From contig CBFGJX010000032.1 of the NCBI GenBank assembly GCA_965649225.1, forward strand, positions 1-11,415: a stretch of 11,415 nt of DNA, read 5' to 3'. This DNA comes from a candidate division WOR-3 bacterium (GTDB taxonomy: Bacteria > Hydrothermota > Tepidihabitantia > Tepidihabitantales > Tepidihabitantaceae). The translations under genes were made by a program, and so were the position numbers. Under the pieces are notes generated by a model that was not told where the DNA came from, ran no database searches, and saw only the letters and a list, made by a program, of their open reading frames with translations. Positions 1 through 6,417 of the stretch are shown in pieces; the stretch's first letter is position 1, and each line of letters starts with the position of its first letter.

Positions 1-987
1 GTCTATGCCGTCAAGGGCAACAACACCCAGGGCTTCTGGCGCTACTCGGCCGACTCCGGCTGGGTCCAGCTCGCCGACATCCCGCTCGGTGTCTCCAACA
101 AGAAGGTCAAGGGCGGCACGGACATGGTCTATGTTGCCGGCGACTCGGGCTATGTCTACCTGCTCAAAGGCTACAAGACCGAGTTCTACCGCTACAACGT
201 CACCTCCGGCCAGTGGCAGCCGCTTGCTGACGCTCCGGCCGGAGTGAAGGCCAAGTGGGACAAGGGCTCCTGGCTGGCCCTGGACCTTGCCGGCAACCGC
301 ATCTTTGCCCACAAGGCCAAGTATCACGAGCTGTATGCCTATGACCTCGCCACCGGTAACTGGGGTGAGCTGCTGGCCGGCATGCCGCTGCTCTGCAGCC
401 AGACTGGCAAGAGCAAGAAGAGCAAGGACGGCGGCTCGGCGGCGTTCCTTGCCGACGGCATGCTCTATGCCCTCAAAGGTGGCAACACCTGCGACTTCTA
501 CGCCTACGAGCCCGGCTCCAACCAGTGGGCGGAGAAAGAGACGCTGCCGCAGGTAGGCACCCTGCAGAAGAAGAAGCGGGTCAAGGGCGGCGGTGACCTC
601 ACCTCTGACGGTGCGGTACTGTACGCCTTCAAGGGCAACAAGAGCAACGAGCTCTGGCGCTACTCGCCGCTGTATGCCACCAGCATCCGGCCCACCCGGT
701 CGGGTGTGCTGGCCGGCGCGACCGCGGTGCAGGGCTTCACGACTCAGCTCGGACCCAACCCGCTGGCAGGCGGCACGGCAGTGCTGCGCTGGAATCTGCC
801 CCTGCCCGGACCGGCCACGGTCAAGGTCGTTGACATCACCGGCCGGACCGTGCTTGTCCGCAGCCTGGCCGCGGGCCGCAGCGGGGCGACCAGCCTCGAC
901 CTGCGCAGTCTGAGCGCGGGTGTGTATCTGGTGCAGTTTGCCGCTGGCGACTACACCAGCAAGCACAAGCTCGTCATCGAGCGCTAG
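1..987 (+). CDS. 5'-truncated Kelch-like beta-propeller repeat protein with C-terminal T9SS type-A (Por secretion) sorting domain
   Basis: Frame 1 is open from base 1 (VYAVKGNNTQGFWRYSADSGWVQLADIP...), so the ATG at 124 is internal. About five ~50-aa repeats with pattern hY/F-x-h-K-G/A...F/L-W/Y-x-Y...W...P...K-x-K-x-G-G. The last ~80 aa carry CTD hallmarks (PNP, DITGR, LSAGVYLV, KLVIER-stop). Confidence 0.85.
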   Translation, partial: VYAVKGNNTQGFWRYSADSGWVQLADIPLGVSNKKVKGGTDMVYVAGDSGYVYLLKGYKTEFYRYNVTSGQWQPLADAPAGVKAKWDKGSWLALDLAGNRIFAHKAKYHELYAYDLATGNWGELLAGMPLLCSQTGKSKKSKDGGSAAFLADGMLYALKGGNTCDFYAYEPGSNQWAEKETLPQVGTLQKKKRVKGGGDLTSDGAVLYAFKGNKSNELWRYSPLYATSIRPTRSGVLAGATAVQGFTTQLGPNPLAGGTAVLRWNLPLPGPATVKVVDITGRTVLVRSLAAGRSGATSLDLRSLSAGVYLVQFAAGDYTSKHKLVIER

Positions 988-1005
988 ACTCTCCGACTGC
1001 AACTG

Positions 1006-1039
1006 CGCGGGGCGGCACTGCCGCCCCGCGTTCGCTTTT
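1006..1039 (+). terminator. Rho-independent terminator after the Kelch/T9SS gene
   Basis: Perfect 12-bp inverted repeat CGCGGGGCGGCA (1006-1017) / TGCCGCCCCGCG (1019-1030), starting 19 nt after the stop codon and followed by TTCGCTTTT. Confidence 0.8.
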
Positions 1040-1322
1040 GCCGGGCAGCGCCGGACCACCACTGCCAGGGTCAACCCGAACCATTGCCGCCGCCCCCCGG
1101 CACAGCAGACCTTGGACTGCCCGACTCGGTCCACCCGTCGCCGCCGCCGCCCCCAGCCGCCGGGGAAACGCTGTGGGGACGGCCCGAAAAAACAGTTGTC
1201 CGTTGAATTGATTTCGGAGTGATGCGCCAGGTTACCGGCAAAAATCCAGTTGCGGGCCGGCAACCTTCCAGTGCCGCCCGCTCTACTGATGCCGCTTGTC
1301 GCCGGCCCGGCCTTTGCCGGCT

Positions 1323-2009
1323 CTAATCAATATCAGCCCGGGCAGGCTGAGTTTTGCGCGGCTGGTTCGGCTCGCCGCTGCCGGACTGACCGTCGCGGAC
1401 CGGAATCAGTCCCGACAAGTCCTGCGGCCGCACCACCCCGCCCGAGACAACCAGCTTGAGCCCGTCTTCAATGGACATCGTCGTCGGCGTAACCTGCGCC
1501 TCCGGAATCAGCGCCAGCCAGCCGGAAGTCGGGTTGGGCGTGGTGGGGAAAAACACGAACAGCGCCGGGCTGCCGTCGGCCAGCCGGACACGTTCGTCGC
1601 TGGTGACGAAGCCGACGGCATAAAATCCGGGCCGGGGATATTCGGCAATCACCGTCCGCCGCAGCGAACTGCGCTGGACAAAAACCGCGTCGGTGAGCTG
1701 ACGGGCCGACGAGTAAAGCCCCTTGACCACCGGCAGACCCGACATCAGCCGGTCGAGCCAGCCCAGCACCACCCGGCCAATCAGCCCCGAACCCAGCGCC
1801 CCAACCGCGGTGGTCAGCACCAGCAGCAGCACGAAACCCGCCAGCGTCGCCGCCCAGTCGGGCAGCCGGGCCAGCAGCGGATGGGCGAGAAAAAGCGGCC
1901 GGAACAGGTTGCCCAGCCGGACGACAATGAACCAGACGACAAATACCGTCAAGGACAGCGGCAGCAGTGCCGCCAGTCCGGCGATGAAGTGATTGCGCAG
2001 GTTTTTCAC
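1323..2009 (-). CDS. DUF502 domain membrane protein
   Basis: GTG start, two N-terminal hydrophobic helices, family motifs 'LPVVKGLYSSARQL', 'EYPRPG', 'FFPTTPNPTSGW', 'EDGLKLVVSGG'. Confidence 0.88.
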   Translation of the reverse strand: MKNLRNHFIAGLAALLPLSLTVFVVWFIVVRLGNLFRPLFLAHPLLARLPDWAATLAGFVLLLVLTTAVGALGSGLIGRVVLGWLDRLMSGLPVVKGLYSSARQLTDAVFVQRSSLRRTVIAEYPRPGFYAVGFVTSDERVRLADGSPALFVFFPTTPNPTSGWLALIPEAQVTPTTMSIEDGLKLVVSGGVVRPQDLSGLIPVRDGQSGSGEPNQPRKTQPARADID

Positions 2010-2021
2010 TGTCGCACGAGT

Positions 2022-2531
2022 CTAGCCCTGCCCGCCGCGGCCTGTCAAGGCAGCCCGGCAGCCGCGCAGGAACTCAAGACAAGTTTCACTGCGGTAGTCG
2101 GGATAGGTCCATTCCAGCGGCCGGAAGTCGCGGTCGCGCCAGATGAGGGTGAGTTCGGCATAGACACCCTCGGCCAGCGCGATGCGGTGGGCGAAGTTTT
2201 TGGTCGAAGCCAGCACCAGATTGTGCCGGGTCAACACGCCCGGGTCAATGTTGATGCGGCGCCGGCCGGCCACCCCGAGCCGCTGTTCGATCCGGCCCGC
2301 CGCCAGTTTGAACTCGGCCAGCCGCCATGGTGCCACCCGGCCCTGGGCAACCCAGCACCGCTGCAATCCCGGCCCCAGCTCCGGGGTGTAGTAATCGGTG
2401 AAGTCGAAGGGAATGACCGCACTGCGAAGGGTAATCGGCCCGAACTCGGCCCGGAGCGCCGCCTCGGCCGTCGCCAGCAGGCTGCTGTCCGGCGCCAGCA
2501 GTCCGCAGACGAGCAACCCCTGATTATTCAA
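2022..2531 (-). CDS. DUF4416 family protein
   Basis: Motifs 'FDFTDYYTPELG', 'RRINIDPG', 'LVLASTKNFAHRI', 'GVYAELTL', 'WTYPDY'. I place the start at the TTG at 2531 (N-Q-G-L-L-V-C-G), which overlaps the scpB stop. The ORF-track start at 2606 would overlap scpB by 83 nt and add an Arg/Pro-rich non-family leader. Confidence 0.8.
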   Translation of the reverse strand: MNNQGLLVCGLLAPDSSLLATAEAALRAEFGPITLRSAVIPFDFTDYYTPELGPGLQRCWVAQGRVAPWRLAEFKLAAGRIEQRLGVAGRRRINIDPGVLTRHNLVLASTKNFAHRIALAEGVYAELTLIWRDRDFRPLEWTYPDYRSETCLEFLRGCRAALTGRGGQG

Positions 2532-3387
2532 GCGCCGGACTTTCGGCCGCAGGCTCGTCGGTCTGCCCGGCTGGGGGTGCCGGCTCGGCCGGCGGCCGCA
2601 GGTCAACCGCCAGCGAGTCGAACCGCCGCGGCGGTGGCTCGTCGCCGGGTTGATTGGCCGAAAGGAATTCGCTCAGCTCTTCCATCCGCGGCAGGTCTTC
2701 GAGTTTCTCCAGCCCGAAATAGCGCAGAAACTCTCGCGTCGTCCGGTAAAGGAACGGGTTGCCCGGCCGGTGGGCGCGGCCGGCAGTGGCCACCAGCCGG
2801 CGCTCCAGCAGGGTCAGCAGCGGACCGGAACAGTCAACGTTGCGCAGGCGCTCGATTTCCGGCCGGGTTATCGGCTGGTTGTAGGCGATGATTGCCAGTA
2901 CCTCCAGCGCCGCCTTCGACAGCCGCTGCACCGAACTGCGCGAATATAGCCGCCTTACCCACTCGGCATACTCGGGCCGGGTGTAGAGCTGAAAACCCTG
3001 GGCGACGCGATGCACCCGGAAGCTGCGGCCGGTGGCCTCGTACTCCTGATTCAGCCGGTCGGTGGCCGCCCGCGCCTCATCCGGCGTCACTCCGGCGATG
3101 TCGGCCAGCCGGGACAATGGCACCGGCTCGTCGGCGGCGAAGAGCACCGCCTCGATTATCTGCGGCAACGGCGGCCGCGGCGGAGCGGCCGGTTCGGGTT
3201 GCTCCGCTTCGGGCAAGTCGGCCGGCGCTGGTGTCTCCGCTTCGGCCCGGGCCGCCGGCTCTGCCGCTGCCGGCTGCTCTCCGTCCGTCGGGACAACCGG
3301 CTCTGACTTTTCGCCTTCGGGCTGACGGACCGATTCTGTCGCTGCGGACTGCGGCTGGACTTCGGGCCGGTTCTCGTCGCCGTTCAC
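2524..3387 (-). CDS. scpB: SMC-Scp complex subunit ScpB
   Basis: Motifs 'IIEAVLFAADEPV', 'GFQLYT', 'LSKAALEVLAIIAYNQPITRPEIE', 'GNPFLYRTTREFLRYFGL..L.DLP'. GTG start overlaps the aspartate kinase stop (GTGA, 3384-3387). Acidic Pro/Ala-rich tails at both ends. Confidence 0.95.
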   Translation of the reverse strand: MNGDENRPEVQPQSAATESVRQPEGEKSEPVVPTDGEQPAAAEPAARAEAETPAPADLPEAEQPEPAAPPRPPLPQIIEAVLFAADEPVPLSRLADIAGVTPDEARAATDRLNQEYEATGRSFRVHRVAQGFQLYTRPEYAEWVRRLYSRSSVQRLSKAALEVLAIIAYNQPITRPEIERLRNVDCSGPLLTLLERRLVATAGRAHRPGNPFLYRTTREFLRYFGLEKLEDLPRMEELSEFLSANQPGDEPPPRRFDSLAVDLRPPAEPAPPAGQTDEPAAESPALE

Positions 3388-4598
3388 TGTCTTGTCAGCC
3401 GGAACCGCGCCAGCAGCGCCGCCGCGGCGACCTTCAGGTCGGCGCGGTCAACAAAGGCGGTGATACTGGTTTCGGCCGCGGTAAAGGCGTCGAGATGGAT
3501 GCCGGCAGCGTGGAGCGTCGCCAGCGTTTCCGAAAGCACCTCCGGGTCGGAGCCGACACCCGGGCCGACCACCGACACCGACGCCAGACTGTCTTTTACC
3601 TCGATCCCCGCCGCGCCGAGACTCTTTGCCAGCGGCTCAAGCACTGCCCGCGCCCGTTCGGCATGCTCACCGGCAACGACATAAGACAGGTCAAAGCGGT
3701 CGCCGTGAGTGACGCCGTGATTGAACAAAAGCACCGGAATCCGTGCCTCGGCCAGACGGGTGACAACCTGATGCAGACAACGTTTCTTTTTCACCACGCC
3801 GGTAAGGGTGAGCCGGCAGACTTCGTGCCGGTGGGTCAGCGCCCGGACAAACGCCCGTTCGATACACTCGGTTTCAGTGACCATCGTTCCCCTTTCGCTG
3901 GAGAATGTCGGCCGGATTACCAGCGGCACCCGGTATTTTGCCGCCAGCGCACAGGCGCGCGGCTGGATGACCTCCGAACCCGACCCGGCCAGCTCGGCCA
4001 GCTCGTCATAGCCGATCTGTCGTACCGGCCGGACACCGTCAAACTCGGCCGGATTTTCGGTAAAGATGCCGCTGACATCCTTGTACAGTTCACAGCGGTC
4101 GGCCCGCAGGACCGCCGCAATCGCTACCGCGGTAATATCCGAACCGCCGCGGCCGAGAGTGGTAATCTCTCGTTCCCGGCTGACGCCCTGAAAGCCGGCC
4201 ACGATCGGAATCTTGCGGCCGCGCAGTGCCGCGCGCAGCCGGTCGCCGCGAATCTGCCGGATGCGGGCTTCGGTGTGAAACTCGTCGGTAATGATGCCGA
4301 CCTGCGAACCGGTAAAAGACACCGCCTCGTACCCAAGGTCCATTATCGCCAGCGACAGCAGCGCCATCGTCTGGCGCTCGCCCGCCGAAAGCAGCATGTC
4401 CAGTTCGCGCGCCGCCGGCCGGCTGGAAACGCGCCGGGCCAGCTGCAGCAGCCGGTCGGTGGTTGAACCCATCGCCGACACCACCGCCACAACCTGCCGG
4501 CCGCCCCGGCGGACACTGACAATTCGGCGGGCCACCGTCCGGATGCGGTCAACGTCGGCCAGTGAGCTGCCGCCGAACTTCTGGACTATGAGAGCCAT
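3384..4598 (-). CDS. lysC: Aspartate kinase (kinase domain plus two ACT domains, 404 aa)
   Basis: 'MALIVQKFGGSS', 'VVSAMGSTTD', 'ELDMLLSAGE', 'VAGFQG', 'TTLGRGGSDITA', C-terminal 'VSVVGPG' ACT region. 13-nt overlap with the upstream aminotransferase. Confidence 0.93.
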   Translation of the reverse strand: MALIVQKFGGSSLADVDRIRTVARRIVSVRRGGRQVVAVVSAMGSTTDRLLQLARRVSSRPAARELDMLLSAGERQTMALLSLAIMDLGYEAVSFTGSQVGIITDEFHTEARIRQIRGDRLRAALRGRKIPIVAGFQGVSREREITTLGRGGSDITAVAIAAVLRADRCELYKDVSGIFTENPAEFDGVRPVRQIGYDELAELAGSGSEVIQPRACALAAKYRVPLVIRPTFSSERGTMVTETECIERAFVRALTHRHEVCRLTLTGVVKKKRCLHQVVTRLAEARIPVLLFNHGVTHGDRFDLSYVVAGEHAERARAVLEPLAKSLGAAGIEVKDSLASVSVVGPGVGSDPEVLSETLATLHAAGIHLDAFTAAETSITAFVDRADLKVAAAALLARFRLTRQ

Positions 4599-5755
4599 TG
4601 ACCAATCCGTTTTGCCGCCCGGACCAGCACCGCCTTGTCGGCAACCAGCGCAAACCGCACAAAGCCCTCACCCGCCGCACCGAAGCCGACGCCGGGCGCG
4701 GCCATTACCCGGGTATTGAGCAGCATGTCGCGGACAAACTCCACCGACGGCGACTTGCCCCCGGCCCGGCCTTCCGGCACCCGGGTCCAGACATAGAATG
4801 TCGCTGCCGGCACACTCACCGGCCAGCCCGCCGCGGTCAGCGCTCCGCAGAACGCATCGCGCCGCTCGCGATACACCCGCCGGATTGAGCGCGCCAGCCG
4901 CTCACCGCTGCGCAGGGCCGCGGCGGCCGCATCCTGCACCGCTCCGAACGGCCCGGAATCGACGTTCTGTTTGATTTTCAGCAATGCCTGAATCAACCGG
5001 GCATTGCCGACCGCCATGCCAATCCGCCAGCCGGCCATGCTGAAGGTCTTGGACAGCGAATGAAACTCGACACAGCAGTCACTGGCGCCGTCGATTTCCA
5101 GAATGCTCGGCGGCGGCTCGCTGCCGAAATAGAGCTCCGAATAGACATTGTCGTTGACGACATAAAAACCCCAGCGCCGCGCCAGCCGGACAATCTCGCG
5201 CCAGAACTCGCGGCCGGCAACCGCCGCGGTCGGGTTGGACGGAAAGTTCAGACACAGCAGCTTGATCCGGTTGCCGATGCGGTCAATCACTCCCAGGTCG
5301 GGCAAAAAATTGTTTGCCTCTTCCAGCGGCACACTCAGCGGTGTTGCCCCGGCCAGCCGGCAGCTGTTGGGATACACCGGATAGGCCGGGTCGGCCACCC
5401 CGACAACATCACCCGGCCCGCACGTCCCCCAGATCAGATGTGCCACACCCTCTTTCGAACCAATCAGCAGCGTCACTTCGCTTTCCGGGTCCAGCCGGAC
5501 ACCAAACCGGCGCCGATACCAGTCGGCCACCGCGGCCCGCACCGCCAGTTTGCCGGCATAGGTCGGATAGCGGTGGTTGTCGGTCTTTTTCAAAGCCCGC
5601 CGGAAAGCCGCCAGCACCGGCTCCGGTGTGGGCAGGTCCGGACTGCCCTCGCCCAGGTCAATTACCTTGCCGCCCGCCCGGGCTTTCAGCTCATCCAGCT
5701 CGCGGAAAAGATAGGGCGGTATTCGGCCCAGCCGGGCCGCAAAAGGTTCTCGCAT
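4586..5755 (-). CDS. PLP-dependent class I/II aminotransferase, LL-diaminopimelate aminotransferase-like
   Basis: 'PPYLF', 'IDLG.G.PDLPTP', 'GSKEG', 'DPAYPVY', 'NFPSNPT', PLP-lysine motif 'FHSLSKTFSMAGWRIG', 'GEGFVRFAL'. Family assignment is solid. DapL specificity is inferred from these motifs plus adjacency to aspartate kinase. ATG at 5755 is preferred over TTG at 5758. Confidence 0.85.
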   Translation of the reverse strand: MREPFAARLGRIPPYLFRELDELKARAGGKVIDLGEGSPDLPTPEPVLAAFRRALKKTDNHRYPTYAGKLAVRAAVADWYRRRFGVRLDPESEVTLLIGSKEGVAHLIWGTCGPGDVVGVADPAYPVYPNSCRLAGATPLSVPLEEANNFLPDLGVIDRIGNRIKLLCLNFPSNPTAAVAGREFWREIVRLARRWGFYVVNDNVYSELYFGSEPPPSILEIDGASDCCVEFHSLSKTFSMAGWRIGMAVGNARLIQALLKIKQNVDSGPFGAVQDAAAAALRSGERLARSIRRVYRERRDAFCGALTAAGWPVSVPAATFYVWTRVPEGRAGGKSPSVEFVRDMLLNTRVMAAPGVGFGAAGEGFVRFALVADKAVLVRAAKRIGQWLS

Positions 5756-5761
5756 CAACCA

Positions 5762-5789
5762 ATCCTAATCAGAACTTACCAATTGTCAA
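5762..5789 (-). promoter_or_regulatory. Putative sigma70-type promoter for the aminotransferase-lysC-scpB operon
   Basis: Minus strand reads TTGACA (5789-5784) - 16 nt - TAGGAT (5767-5762) - 6 nt - ATG (5755), inside a locally AT-rich spacer. Confidence 0.6.
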
Positions 5790-5821
5790 GCTGATACAGA
5801 TTATAATGGATAGCTGACAAT
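5782..5821. repeat. Imperfect inverted repeat / candidate operator
   Basis: ATTGTCA (5782-5788) and TGACAAT (5815-5821) are perfect complements, extendable with bulges, and enclose the palindrome ATTATAAT (5800-5807). Confidence 0.45.
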
Positions 5822-5898
5822 CATTTATTCGTCAAGGTCGCTCTGCGTCAGGACACGCCGGCCAATCCTGCACTCAGGTTCTGTCGGCTGGCCGGTGA

Positions 5899-6417
5899 TT
5901 ATTCGCCCGGGCGCTCCTGCCGGTAGAATGCGCACCGTTCGACATAGTCGGCCGCGTTGCGCCAGATGCGCTCGATTTCCGCCGCGTTCAATTCCCGCTT
6001 GATGACCGCCGGAACCCCGGCCACCAGCACACCGTCCGGCACCTCAAACCCTTCGCGCAGCACCGCTCCGGCCGCAACGATGCAGTGCCGGCCGACCTTT
6101 GCCCGGTTGAGCAGGATTGCACCCATCCCGATGATGCAGTCGTCGCCGACCGTTGCCCCGTGGATGATTGCCCGGTGTCCGACCACTACCCGGCTGCCGA
6201 TAACTGTCGGCGTGTTGTAGTCCACGTGCACCATCGTCAGGTCCTGAACACTGGTTTCTTCCCCGATGGTTATCGGTGCCATGTCGCCGCGAATGACCGT
6301 GTTGAACCAGACGCTGGAACGCGCCCCGATAGCGACATTACCAATCACCACCGCATTGGGGGCAACATAGACCCCGGCTTCAATCACCGGCCGGTGCTCG
6401 CCCAGCGCGGCAATCAT
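5899..6417 (-). CDS. Gamma carbonic anhydrase family protein (YrdA/PaaY-like hexapeptide repeat)
   Basis: Left-handed beta-helix hexapeptides, 'SVWFNTVIRGD', and metal-ligand histidines in 'MVHVD' and 'VGHRAIIHG'. ATGA overlap with the upstream lipoprotein gene. Confidence 0.93.
   Translation of the reverse strand: MIAALGEHRPVIEAGVYVAPNAVVIGNVAIGARSSVWFNTVIRGDMAPITIGEETSVQDLTMVHVDYNTPTVIGSRVVVGHRAIIHGATVGDDCIIGMGAILLNRAKVGRHCIVAAGAVLREGFEVPDGVLVAGVPAVIKRELNAAEIERIWRNAADYVERCAFYRQERPGE

Noticed and set aside
1249..1275. GTTGCGGGCCGGCAACCTTCCAGTGCC resembles the GGCAACC...GTGC core of SAM-I/SAM-IV riboswitches
   Set aside because: Only a short match, other conserved elements are not evident, and no plus-strand gene lies downstream to regulate.
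2532..2606. N-terminal 25 aa of the DUF4416 ORF-track call
   Set aside because: Lies inside scpB and is compositionally non-family; a TTG at 2531 overlapping the scpB stop is more plausible.
1296..4466. Long plus-strand ORFs 1296-2891 (531 aa) and 2892-4466 (524 aa)
   Set aside because: Antisense shadows of well-supported minus-strand genes; Arg/Pro/Gln-rich with no family motifs, as expected in GC-rich DNA.
5756..5898. Lysine riboswitch or attenuator ahead of the aminotransferase-lysC operon
   Set aside because: The spacer is only ~140 nt, lacks recognisable L-box motifs or a terminator, and the best promoter leaves no leader.
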